Source: Trichosphaerium sp. ATCC 40318 (taxonomy: Eukaryota > Protista > Tubulinea). Taken from it: a DNA stretch of 64,000 nt. The position numbers were made by a program, and so were the translations under genes. The notes below the pieces were generated by a model. The model was not told where the DNA came from. It saw only the letters and a list, made by a program, of their open reading frames with translations, and did no database searches. This document shows, one piece after another, positions 25,001 to 38,447 of the stretch. Position 1 is the first letter of the stretch. Each line of letters starts with the position of its first letter. Location of the stretch: NCBI GenBank assembly GCA_038496445.1, contig JALMLS010000370.1, positions 186,001-250,000 on the forward strand. Direction: 5' to 3'.

Positions 25001-27632
25001 ATGGCAGAGCCAACTGAAGTGACTTGGGATGCGGTGATCAACTTTTGGTTCGCTGGTGACTTACAGGAGCGCTACAAACGCAAATGGTTTCCCACCGGAC
25101 CTCTACAGGTAATAAATAGTGGTTTCCAAGCTAAATGATATAAGGAAGCAATGGACGCAGAAATTACAAGCCGATTTGGGCCTTTACTTACAAAAGCCGA
25201 GTCTGGGCAGTTAAATCACTGGAAGGAGCACCCTCATAGCTTTGTTGGTATGTGAGCAGCTTGTTGTATTATTTCTTACGTAATAGCACTCATATTGGTA
25301 CTGGACCAATTCTCGAGGCATATATACCGCAGTAAACGCGAAAACATCGACAAAAACGATGAAAAAGCACTGGATCTCGCTAAAGAGCTTATAAAACGCG
25401 GATGGCACCAGCTCTTGCCTGTACAATACCATATTTTCGTATTGATGCCTTTCAGGTATGACAGTTGACACAAATACGTAAACTAACTCGCTAGGCACTC
25501 AGAGGTCAAAGAAAACTTACAATTGGTGCTTGAGCACATTTCTGAGCGCTCAGAGCTAGACCAAGCCGTAAGTTTGCAGATTTTTAAATGCTTTCCATTT
25601 AATTTTATTAAAACAAGTTAGGATTCTGATCTTTTGGAGAAATTTCGCAAAACCACAATCCTGTACGCAATCAATGTCTTTTCTTGAATATGCTCATTTT
25701 TTCTTTAAAGGCGAATACAACACTTGAAGAAGGAGGACACTGGCCATGATTTGTTGGCATTTTATGAGTTTGAAGGGGATGAGAAAGCAATGGTATAATG
25801 TACCTTTCTTTGAGTTTTTATGTGGTTGTGTTGGCTTACATTGTTCTTTTAGCCTAAGCATAAGTTGCACAAGTGCATTAATACGTTCATGCGTAATCAT
25901 TATGATAATAAGAAACACACCCACATAATAGTTTCATTATCTGGAGGTGTTGATTCAATGGTCATTACACGTGTTCTTATTCACATGAAGAAACATTCTC
26001 GGTTTAATTTTACAGTGGGTTCGTTTGCATTCACACTCAAAGGGATCTAAATATATTTTTTATAGTTGCATGTCATATTGATTATGGTAACCGGCCAGAG
26101 AGCGGCCGCGAAGCCGATTTTGTTGAGCAATGGTGCAAAAAGTTTGATGTGATCTTTTGCAAAAAGACAATTACGGAATTGAAGCGAGGTAGCGTTATAA
26201 AAGCCATCTAGACGTTATTATTAACCTCTTGCATAGGAGTTACAAAAAGAGATGCGTATGAAAAGGAAACACGACGAATGAGATTTGAGTTGTACCAAGA
26301 AACTCTAAGTGTACGGTTGCCAAAAGCTTCAATTTAGTTGCTAATCTTTGTTCCAAGAAATATGCTAGTCCAGGCGTCATTTTTGGACATCATCTCGGAG
26401 ATGAACAAGAAAACGTTATATGTAATGTAATGAAAGGAGTTAGTATATTCAATTTATCAGGCATGGCAGATGTAAGGTACTATCAACAATTGCTGTCAAA
26501 ATGAATCTTAATTTTTTTATTAGCGTAATTTCTAACGTGCCTATCCTTCGACCTTTGCTACCTTATCCAAAACGCGTTGTTTTTGATTATGCTCATAAGT
26601 TTGGAGTGCCATATTTCTTGGATACCACTCCTAAATGGAGTAATAGAGGAAAACTTCGAAATCAATTGTTTCCTTTAGTAGAGGAAATATTTGGTGAGCA
26701 TGCTACATCACAACAAACTGATCCTTACAACTACATTAGGTGTTGGCGTACGTGGAAACTTGACATCATTGGCACGTGATTCAGATGCGGCTAGACAAAT
26801 GATAAACGATTTCCTTCTGCAACCTGTTTGGTACCTTTTCGTTCTGCAAAAAAAACAAGAGGAAGCTTTTTTCTAACATGTTTTGTTTAGGGATAGCGTT
26901 GTTTACTCCGATATGGGATTTTGGTTTGACTTTAAAGACCACTTGAACAAACCTGTGCTCTTCTGGAAAGCCGTGTTGAAGCGAGTGATGCACTCTGTTG
27001 GAGAGTCAGTTATATCAGATAAGAGTAAGTTATAGAATAGAAAATGAAATCGCTTAGTATTTGATGATAGGCTTGGAGCATTTCATTACACGTGTTGCTT
27101 TAGCAAAGAACATGTGGGTTCCTCTAAAGAGTCACTTGCACTCCCTCATATGCGACAATTGCTTGTTTGTATTCTACCCTGAAGTGTTTCCACCTAAACC
27201 ATGCTTTACATCTGTACGATAATCATACTTTTGTACCTCGTATAATTTGAGATTTAGGGAATGGAAATGAAGACTGAAAGTGAGGCGTCTTTTGAACGAT
27301 GGCACGTGAAAGTGGAGCCTGTTGATGCTGATGAGGTTGTTATTATTGATGTAACACTCAAGATTATATCTACTGGTTGCATTAAGTACTATTTGCCAAT
27401 ATACAAGGACAGTAGGCTTATTATTGATCCAAACAAAAAATTTAAAAAGAATTTCAAAGGGTTAGATAGAAAGGTTAAGATTGGTCTTCCAATTGTAAGA
27501 GATGCCACAGAGGGAAAACCCACAGGACCGCCATTATCTTATGTGAAAGTGACACTTCAATATCTTAAACCAGAGTCACGTAGAGCTGAACCACGTGTTC
27601 CAGGAACTATTCAACCAGAAAGTAAAAATTAA
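25001..27632 (+). CDS. tilS: DUF924 domain fused to tRNA(Ile)-lysidine synthase (PP-loop ATPase)
   Basis: DUF924: VINFWF..KWF..ALILVLDQFSRHIYR..FVLMPFRHSE. TilS: VSLSGGVDSM, HIDYGNRPES, R.MRF, GHHLGDEQEN, ILRPLL, YFLDTTPKWSNRGKLRNQLFP. Confidence 0.85.
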
Positions 27633-27872
27633 AATAAACTATTACTTTTTCTTTGTAGACAATTCACGTTTGAGAGTAAGATAACTAACCACAGACTCAA
27701 TTTCGACAAAGAAAGAATGAAACCTGACGTAAGGAAGACTGTGACGTAGTCCTTCCGTTTTTGACTTTGTTAATTAATGAATTTGCCGTCAAATGGCAGT
27801 ACAATTCTGTAACAGTCAAACACAATAATATTACATTACCAGGTCGAAGAACCGTAGTGCACCAGTACTACC

Positions 27873-30671
27873 ATGGCGGAGCCTGATGGTGTACGTTTTT
27901 GTTGCGTTCAACGCCTTGTACTAATACGCACAGAGTGCCGAACCAGGACCTGTGTTTATGTCAGATGATTGGCGTCCTGTAAGAGTAGAAAGTTCTCTCA
28001 CACTAGAGCAATTATCGACTGGCAAAATAGATGAAGAGGACGTAGAAGTAGCACAAGAGCCCCAGGAACCAATAAAAAAAGACAAGAGCGCTATTCTAAG
28101 GTCAAATAGACAGAAGTTAATAAACGAAATTATTGACACTGAAACAGTACTACGCGTTATCAAATATGGCATATTTAACACTTATAGGCGTATTCAGCAG
28201 ATTTAACGACGCTTGAAAAGTGTTACAAAAAACCACTGTTAACTAAAGGCGTCCTTTCCAAAAAAGACGCCGCTAAAATATTTTCTGGTACGTACTAGCT
28301 CAAGATAAAAAGCTAAAAATGCTTTATAGATATTTCGGTTCTGACGCTTCTACATCGCGATTTACTGAGTTGTATTGTACTACAAACATCTCAAAAACAA
28401 GCGAACGCTATATCCCTTGAGCTAGGTCGCATTTTTAAAGACAGGGTATGTCACAAAACGTACATTTTTATTATCGGGTAACATGTTGATGATTTTTTTA
28501 GGCTCAAAGGTTGACAGCGGTGTACAAAGGTACGATTTTACTTGCCACTACGCGCGTAGATGCAAAAAAAATTGACATTCTTTGTTTTTAGAATACTGCT
28601 CTAAGTACCCTCAAAGGGAGAAAGCACTTCTAAAGGTTATGAAAGGATCTGATAGGTTTAAAAAAGAGCACGATGTGAGTAAATGTCATTTGGTTTTTGA
28701 AAAAACAAGAAAAAATAAGCTTAAGTCTGATTATTTATTTTGTAGGTAATACGGGATACTAGTACTGGTGGTTTGTCTCTTAATGATTTTCTTATAAAAC
28801 CAGTACAGGTATGTGGTCATTTATGCTGTTAAACACTCAATTCAATTAGCGTATAACACGGTATCCAATGTTACTTAAAGAACTTATTTCTATTGAAATA
28901 AAACTTGGTAATTTTAAAGAAGGAGACACAACTATAATACATGAAGCCTGTCAAACTCTACAAGATATCTTAAAGGAGATCAATACACATAAGGCTAATA
29001 TGGATAAAGTTCAAGCTATTGAACACACTTTTGTTAATTATTTCTGGCAAAATGTGCGAAAGTCTTGTTGCAACGCCACTTTTTTTTGACATTTTTTTTT
29101 TCGGGTAGGATTTGAAAGTGTCAAAAAGAGGACCAACGAGAAAATTTGTACAGGAGGGTGCATGTGCCATTGGTAGACGTGAGCATTACTATTACATGTT
29201 TAATGACATGATGGTATTCGGTTCACAACAAGTTGGGCGAGGCACATATCGACCAAAGCGTGTAATTCAACTAGCAAGCGTATGCGATATGGAAGGTAAC
29301 TGTCTTTTTTTTTTTTTTTGTTTGAGGTTGCTTTCTATTATATCATTTTGGCTGAAAGTTTACGGATTTTTGGGGTAGGTATATCTGATGGGGACAGTAT
29401 CAATACAATTACTCTTACACTTGAAAATGCGAAACCAGTTAAGCTCGGATTTAAAGACTACAGTACTATGCAGCAAGTATCCAACACGTTATTACTGGTT
29501 CTTAATGAAATAAGACCTATAAGTATGAAGACTTCGCCTCATAGTAGTAATAGCGAACCGCAACGACGTGCAAGACCTGTTGCGTCTCCAAGAAAAGCTA
29601 AAAATCTTTTTAATGAGTTGAATTCAACTCTTCGCACACGTTCTCAAAAACCGCCTGAATATAAACCTAGACCTGTGACAGTTCATCTGGACAAAGCACA
29701 GAGCTTAGATACTGCTAAAAATAGGCGTCCATTATCTACTAGTGCTGCTAGTCGAAAACTTATTTCTTCTCCACGTGGGCACACCTTATTTGGATTAAAT
29801 AGAACGACACAAAATGCTGGATCCGATGGTCGCTCATTAACTGTTTCAAACACTTTTCGTACTTTACCAATTGCAACAAGCGCTTCTACAACAAGTGATG
29901 ATGATGATGATAATGATAGAGACATCTCCTTAAGAGATCTTGTAGAAGCTGAAGATCAAGGTCTTCAAGTTTCTAACTCTATAAATGGCGATGATATTCC
30001 ACAACGTGCTGATAGTATAACCAACAGAAACTCTAAAGCGAATCGGTTGTCACTGAACAAATTTATGTTTAGTGCTATTCTACAAGAAGCAAAGAGGATG
30101 AGCAGCCGGAAACTAAAGTGAACATACAAGTTTCACCAGTTGTGTCTCCAAAACCAGGAAGGATTTCGGAACCACCTCTTAGGAAGCTTCCTGCGCTACC
30201 GCCACGACCTGCAAAGCAAGAACCGGTCAAAGCATCTAATGGTGGTCCTTCCCCACGGTCCATGCTACCACTCAGTGCTAGACGATCAAAGCAGCTTATT
30301 AGGCGAAAGCAAGCGAGTAGGGCACCATTGATTCGTAAAACGACGGATGCAAAGTTTTTATTCCAAGTGCCTCAACATAAGCTTCAAGGTACTAAAATTG
30401 TATTATACTACTACCATCAAAACTCTTATCAATGCTTGTAGGAATGCCAAAAGCACTTCTTATTCATTTACCTGGAGGCCTTATAAGCTCACAAGTTTGG
30501 ACACCAAACAAGAGATTAGATAAAATTTTAGAAAGACTTTGCAGAAACCGTCAGGATATAACACTTGATTGTCAAGCCCTTAGTATGCGTGGACAAGAGC
30601 TCGATATGACTAAGACAATTGGTGAATTGAGTTTATACGAATTGCAGTTCGCGAAGCCTTTAAAACAATAA
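27873..30671 (+). CDS. RhoGEF (DH-PH) with C-terminal Ras-binding (RBD)-like domain
   Basis: RQKLINEIIDTE, LNDFLIKPVQ-RITRYPMLLKEL (DH); FVQEG..HYYYMFNDMMV (PH); IHLPGG..LDKILERLCRNR..LDMTKTIGEL (ubiquitin-like RBD). Confidence 0.85.
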
Positions 30672-30794
30672 ATTTTCGAAAAGAACTTTTTTTGGTTTTT
30701 TTTTTGTGCACTGAATTAAGTTTAAGCGGCACACTTTGCATGGGATGCGTTAAGGCATTTAAAAAGGCTTTGTATTGAGAATTGCAAACATATT

Positions 30795-33700
30795 ATGCAG
30801 AATCTCGAGGCTGTGGCGGCTGACCACTCTGTCATAACTGATAAGAAAGTAATAATTGCGAAACTAGGTTCAAACAACAACGCCTATGTCTTGGATAGTG
30901 AATTAGATCTTTTTGAGTACAATTACGCAACTCAACAGGCACGAATTTATTTTTTCTTTAAAACTAATTTATTTAGTCTTCCGTCGTAGCCAGCGTTCAA
31001 GGAGATGAATTGCTATCGGTTGAGGTACGAATATTTAAGAAATGCGTAAATTAACGCTTTAAAAGGACGTCGTTGTTGCTATGGCGTATGTGGCTGATCT
31101 AGAGGCAGTTTGTATCGTGTCTTTAACAGGTGATATTGTGCTTGTAAACCTTGAATCCAAAGAGGTGCCAAACGCCGTCACTACGTACAAAAACGCTCTC
31201 TAATGATTTATAGGTCGAATGCGTTGGTTCTATTTCTGATGGTATTGTGGGCATGGAATGGAGCCCAGACCTAGAAATGGTTGCCTTTACAACAGGCGCA
31301 CACAAGCTACTACTAATGACACAGGTAAGATAATCTCTAAGGCGTCTACAGAGTCTGTTATCGCTGATTTTCAAAAAAGGATTGGGAGCCTATCACTGAA
31401 GCTTACATTTCGGCTCTTGATGACATTGATGGTCCTCACGCAATAACGTGGAGGCAAGATGGCAAATATTTGGCTGCGTCATTCACGCATCAAGGTACAG
31501 TAACGCTTTGTCTGTGATTACCAGAAAATTCTCAAAAAAAGGCTGATGATTGCGTTAGGTGTATCTAAATTTGCTGTTTGGGAACGATCTGGTATTATAC
31601 ATGCAGAGATGGAGGATTTAAGAGATATACATGCGTCTCCAATGTGTTATAAACCATCTGGTGAATTAATAACAATGTGTCAAAAACAACCAAATCAACA
31701 ACTTGTTGCTTTTTTTGAACGTAATGGCCTTAAACATGGAGAATTTAAGATACCAAAACAATGGGTTGTTTTGAATATTGCGTGGAGCCCACGTGCTGAT
31801 ATATTAGCTCTTCAAGTGAAACCTACTGCTGTAAGTTAACTCATCAACAATTTTTTTTTGACATTTGACATTTCATCAAAAGGATTCAAAAACAGAGGCT
31901 ATTGCTTTATACACTACAAAGAATTACGCTTGGTACTTAAAGCGATATGTATCAATGCCGTACGTATTAACTATATGACTGTTTGTTGTTTTAATTGGTG
32001 GTTTCTTTAGAGAAGATCAACATGTTGTTCAGTTAGAGTGGGACGAAGTAAAAGCTGCTCAACTTCATGTTATAACTGATATGGGTCTTTCATGGAAATG
32101 GGAATTCGCATGGGTTGTTGATGTTAGTTGTGGTATGGACAAAGATGATCCTTCTACTGTAGCTGTCATACAAGGCAATCAATTACTCCTTACACCAATG
32201 AAACGTGCAGTTGTACCTCCACCAATGAGCGCCTCAAAGATAACGGTACAAATAAGGAGTGGTGAAATCGCAATTTCTAATGGAGTTTGTAGGTTGGAGA
32301 AAACAAATTCATTTCTTGTGTCACATTTTCGCGTCATGGAGACATCTGCGTATTGCTGTCTGACGCCACTATAAGTTTCTACAAAAAGGTGTTGTAATTG
32401 TTGAACTACTTTATCGCTTACTGTAATTAGGCTGATGAGTCAGCGCCGCTCTCTACACCTCCGTCATTATTGGGTAATATGAGGTACACATTTATTTTTC
32501 TTTTGCAATGCTAATGAATCAAAGTGGGCTTGATAGCTTTGGTATATCAACACAAAATATTAAACAAATTCGATGGAGTGATGAAGAAACTTTATTGCTT
32601 GTTGAGAGCGTTGAAGCCGGAGATGTAATAGCCTTGGTGGAGTTTGAAATGAAGGTATTCTGCAACCTTGCTAGCATGGAACGTCCAGTTGTACTTAACT
32701 GCTTGTTTTAGGATGGTAATTGTTCAGTCCTTGATGTTCGCACCATTGCCTCAGCACAGCATATATTAAGTGTGGCTGTAAATCCATCAAATGGCGCTAT
32801 ATTCGTACAAGATGAAAAAGGAAACGTGTACAATATTATACAAGGTAAATACATACAAAAACCCCGAAACATTTTGTACTCACCGCCTTGAATAGAAGAG
32901 GCTATGCTCGAACCTGTTCCTTGGGGTGGATTTCCAATGCCTTGCGTCAGTATTGCTTCAACATTCATGGGTGATGAGGTAAACTACCTTTCTTGTTTTT
33001 TTCCTTTCAACGTTCAAGTGTTTTAACAATTATATCTGCTTTTAGGAAATTGTTGTTGGCGTTACAAATACTTTCAGATTGTTTGTCAATAGTACCATGG
33101 TTTCTGAGCAATGCACCTCTTTTTCTATTCATACCGGTTTTCTGGCGTTCACCACTCTTGCACATAAACTATTGTTCATGAGCCTAGAACTACAACTCGA
33201 AGGTAAGATAGATTTACATTGTTCTTGTTATTAACCCTGTTTTACAGCCAACATACAAATTTTGAAAAACACAGCGAAATGGAACTTGACTGAACGCAGC
33301 GTTGAAAACGGTGCAATTCTTGTTACAGTGCCTTCTCATGATGATAAAGTAGTCCTTCAAGTACGTTAATATCATCTCAAGTTCCAATAACTTCCTAACA
33401 TTTATTGAACACAAGATGCCAAGAGGTAATCTCGAAACCATACACCCACGTGCTTTAGTTCTTGTAGAAGTCAGAAAACACATTGAAGCGTAAGGCTGTA
33501 CCTATTTTGGCTTTAATACTTACGTTATTGTAGTCACAACTTTTTAAAGGCATTCACTACCATGAGACGCAACAAAATTGATCTAAACTTCTTGTATGAT
33601 GTTAACCCTGAAGACTTTATGTCACATATTCCTGAGTTTTTAAAGCAAATGTCTCGCCCAAGTTTCATCAACCAGTTTTTAAATGCTATACATGATGAGG

Positions 33701-35741
33701 ACTCAACAACAACTACCCTACTAGGTATGAAACTGAGAAAGAACGTGCACGATTAACATATATTTTTCTAGATCCTTGGAAGGCAACCAGCGCTGCAGCT
33801 GCACAAACTGCAGATTTACTGGCTAGTATTCCTTCAATACAAATAAAGAAGACTATAAATAAGCGTAATAAAATTGCAGGCGCTGTCTTGAATGCCTTGA
33901 AACCAAATGCAAGCGAACATACTACTTCTATACTTACAGCGTATGCGCGCCATGACCCACCTATGATAGAAGAAGCGCTCAAACACATATCCACAATACG
34001 AGGTACAATCAAAACTGTGTGTGACTTATTTGCTAATTCAATTGTTTAGAAAAAGACCAAAAAGGCGCTGACAAGGCTGTAGAATATCTCATATTCTTGG
34101 TCAAAGATGTCAATAAATTATACGATGTTGCCCTTGGCATGTACAACCTGGAGTTCGCTTTGATGGTTGCTCAAAAATCTCAAATGGTAACGTTACCTGT
34201 TATATTTCAGTGTTTTGACTCTTTACTAGGATCCAAAAGAATACTTGCCTTTCCTCTCTGATCTTCATGAATCAGATGATCTCATTAGAAAATACAAGAT
34301 TGATTGTCACCTATCTCGATGGAAGTGTGCTGTTACAAACTTGGCAACTACAGGCCTCAAAGATTTCGAATTAGCTATCACTCTGATTAAAAAACACAAC
34401 CTCTTTGTACATGCATTGCATGTCTACAAAGGCACTGACGCGTATAATCCTTTATTATTGAAATACGGAGAGTTTCTTATCCAAGATTCTCAATACGAAG
34501 CAGCGGCAGCAGGTAACTAACGCATATTTGATATTTCATTCTTTGAAGTTAACATTGTCCAGTACTGGAGACTGGCGGCCACTTGGAAAAGGCAATGGCT
34601 GCCTGGAGGGAAGCTATGAACTTACAACAATGTGTTGCTACAGCACATCGATTGAAGTATACCCCAGATCAGCTAGAGGAACTATACACAGACTTGGCTG
34701 AAGCCTTCTTGAGCACCTACAGGTACGGTTTTTTTTTTGTAGTAAATGGAACTTTATTGGGCGGCTTTGTAAACTTATACGTGGTTTATTTTAGATTGCA
34801 AGAGGCTGCTACCCTTTACGAGCATTATCTAAAAGACATGGAAACTGCTGTTGATACTTACTCCAGGGGTGGGTACTGGGACGATGCATTGCGTCTGGTA
34901 TGTTACAAAACTATGTTTGAGTTTTTTTAAGTATTGCCACTAGTGCCACGTTCATGATCCCTCATGGATAGAAGAGACAGTTGAGCCTGCAGTCTTAGAT
35001 TGGTATTACTATATACTACTTGTTACTTTAATTAATGCGGTCTTAGGTATAATATGACGCTCACAAAACTGCAAGAAAACCACTTGTCTTTGAACAAGAG
35101 TTATACTCGATTGTGTAAAGTGCGTACAGGATGGGTACAGCGTGTTACAATAGGTAAGATTTAAAAAAACGTTAGAAAGTTACTTGTTAACAAGAGGGCA
35201 TAGGTCAAGACTCTGAAACTGCTTCAGTGTATTCGTCAGTCTCTGGTCTTTCATTTGCTAGTGGCAGCACATATTCTTCTTATTCTTCTTATTCTTCTGG
35301 CTCCTCAAAGTCGTCTCGCTCTTCAAGACGTCGTAGAAGGAAGAAAAAACTCTCCGGCCGTGAAGGTACTGCACGTGAAGATGAGTTCATTGTTTTGGCG
35401 ATGAAGGAAATACTCCCTGACGAGAAAAAAAAGGGTGCGAGAAAACAATCTATCATAAATCCTGATTTTTTTCCGTTTTTGTAGACGAAATACGTCGGTT
35501 GTCACGTGTTTTATGTATGCTTGGGCACATGAAAGAAGCTCGTCAGCTTCAAGAGACATTTGCAAAGTACTTAAGCGCTTTTGAACTTGCACTTCCTCTC
35601 TTGAACACGCCGGAGCCTCCACGACCTAATGAAGACGATGAGATGCCGCAACCTATTGATGTGTCAAACTACAAGTTTATAAATCCTGTCACTACAAAGA
35701 TTATGGAGATACCTTCAGTAAAGTGGGAGCTTCCACTTTGA
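30795..35741 (+). CDS. ELP1: Elongator complex protein 1 (IKI3/IKAP)
   Basis: WSPDLEMV, FFERNGLKHGEF, VVPPPMS, MPRGNLETIHPRALVL, MRRNKIDLN, YDVALGMYNL..VAQKSQMDPKEYLPFL, basic C-terminal region RRRRKKKLSGREG. Confidence 0.95.
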
Positions 35742-36099
35742 AACAAAGTGAAACACCATTAAACACATGCCAGCTTTATGATTTAAAATTTTTAACAAGA
35801 CAGCACCATGGTGAAGAAACCGAAAATAGGTTACATTAATATGTAAATATACACTAGTAACCGAAAAAACCCAATACAGTTGTACGCCAAAAATTAAAGT
35901 ATTTTTGTCTCTTTTTGTTTAAAGCACGTGTAAAAAACGTGCCACACTATTTAATTTTACATCTTGGCTTTTTACAACAAGAGATTTAATGATGATATTA
36001 AAGCTCCCCACGTGAAAAATGGAGACGCTTGTGACAACTTGCAATTTTGAGAACAAAAGTTGTCTTCAATACAATTTTACATGTAACTAGTCAGTTACC

Positions 36100-36597
36100 T
36101 TAAATTAGACTACAAGAAATACAGGGGCACCCATTGAGACAACGGCCAGTTACAGAAACATCATAGACCACGTGTGCATAAGCAACAAATACAGTTTCGG
36201 CAGTTAGTTTAACTTCATATTGTTCTTCAGTTACAAGTTCTCCATCCATCTCAAAGAAGTATTTCTCATAATGTGTATTTGGTCGATAACTTGAAAACGG
36301 TAAAGCTGTTTGAGCTGGCGTCCTCGTTGTAAAAAAGGTAGACCAAACTTCTACAGCGTTCTTGCATTGACACTGCTCCATTGGCAAGTTCATTTGATAT
36401 TTTTTTACTATCGTCTTTGGCGCGTTCTGACGCACTCTGTGACGCACTCTTCACTTCATCATCAATCCAAGGCCCGTCCTGACATTCGTCCGTAACAATA
36501 TTAATATCCATTGTAAATCGCTCCAAGCACTGTCCCTTACCATTTTCGTTTATTTCATAAACACCAATCTTCTTAACAGGTGCTCCAGGTATCATCA
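36100..36597 (-). CDS. Hypothetical protein, probably two exons
   Basis: Two overlapping ORFs in different frames (36266-36613, 36100-36447) can be joined by a putative intron. No recognisable family. Confidence 0.4.
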
Positions 36598-36789
36598 GTT
36601 TTAAAACCAACAATCACGTGTTTTCGCTTTTAATTCTCGTCTTCTCAGTTGCTACTAAGTTTTAATTAATACTGACGTTGCAATACAGTGAATTACCTTA
36701 AACTGACCGATAACAGGCCTTTTGTGGGTTTTTTTTTGGCGTACACAAAAAAACACGATCAACTCACGTGTGAATTAGTTAAAAGTGAA

Positions 36790-37479
36790 ATGGCAAAGCG
36801 AGGACGCCAAGAGCGCATATGGTACTTTGGTTATGGATCAAACATGAACACATCTCGTATGGAGGATCGTGGGGTAACATACAACAGACGAACGCTTGCA
36901 AAGTACGACTAGCACATAGAACGCATTTTTACAGTTTTCTAGGTTAAACGGATACAAATTAGGTAAAAGCGCCCAAAAAGTACTCTGAGCGTCTCACACA
37001 GCATAGATTTTAATAAATACGCTGGATCTGAGGGTAAAGGCTACGCTAATATTCTAAAAACGAACAAGAGCAGTGATGCCGTTTTTGGTGCCTTGTATGA
37101 CGTTAATCAGGCTGGCTTAACACAATTGGATTACTTTGAAGGACATCCACATCACTACAAGCGGTATTTACAGTTTATCTGAATATTCGTTTTGAAATTT
37201 TAACTTTTTTCGATGCCTTCCGACTCATCTTCATAAAAGGAGAACTGTCACTGTTCAAGTTAATGGTCGTGCATGTCTTGCGATAGCTTATATTGCAACA
37301 GCTAAGATGTGTAGAAAACAAGGGACTTTGAGACCAACAAAGGAGTATTTAAACCATCTCTTGCAAGGAAAAGGTGACTTAACCAAAAAATAGTTTTGCA
37401 AAGTCAACTTACTAGATTTTTAGATATTCTTCCCGAAGCGTACTTTAAAATACTTAAAGCATGGCCTACTTGTGATTAG
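36790..37479 (+). CDS. Gamma-glutamylcyclotransferase (GGCT/AIG2-like)
   Basis: WYFGYGSNM, GYANI, VFGALY..LDYFEG..Y, RPTKEYL motifs across five introns. Confidence 0.9.
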
Positions 37480-38447
37480 GCCAACAAGATTTTAAAATAA
37501 AATTATAAATGTTCATTGACATGCGTTCTTACAATATTCTAGTTAACAATGACCTCTTTCAATTTTGGTTACAACTTTTTTTTATGTTTTTTGAAAAGGT
37601 CAACATGCGGTACACTCCAAGTGTTACGCTTGATAAAGAGGTTTGACTCGCATTATTTAACCCTCCCTGGTTTTACTTTGATGGCGCAAGTATCATGCGT
37701 GAGTAGTAGTCCACGTGGCAGAGAACGACTCGTTTGAAAAAATGCGAATTTTCGGCTAGCGCTAGTTAGTATCCAGGTCGTACGAAAACCTTCGGAGAGA
37801 TTGTTGTTATTACGGTGCAGTACATCGTTTTATATCCACGTGTTTTCTTTTACTTTAATCGTTTTCGGCTATAATGTTGGAGCAACATTCACCCGAAAAC
37901 TCTTTTAGTTGCTATGGCTATCACGTTTTTTCGCACGTAAATACGCCAATTCTACCCTACAAAGTGTGGAAGAAAAACCCAGCTAAATTCAGACTTTCCC
38001 GCAATGTTCGGCCATGTTTGTGATTTATCCGAAGAAACGCCAGTTTGCCATTTCCGCCTTTGAAAGCGGGAGCGATTACAACATACGTTGTTAGAACCGC
38101 TATATTTGGTAAAAAAATAAAACTGCGAGGCTACCCACGCATCCCACTACATTGTCTTTACTTCAAACTCAGCGAGAAAATCTCTTTGGACAACACTGCG
38201 GAAGTACTAGCCTTGCACTTTACACACCTGGTGTGTGATATGACGACATTGGTTACCAACAAACGTTAGGTGTACCCTTGTGTTAGTGGCATAGCACTGT
38301 AGAGCTGGAGTCGTTCGTTCACAATCGATCTTTGTAGATACACTGAATACTTGGCCGCAACCTTCGGCCGATAAGCAAGCTTGTGCACTGCTTGCCTTGT
38401 CGCTCAAACCATAACCCACAATCAAACACAAAGAACAACTTCTTAAC

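Noticed and set aside
35225-35350. TCTTCTTAT-type microrepeat
   Set aside because: Encodes the expected Ser-rich and basic C-terminal region of ELP1.
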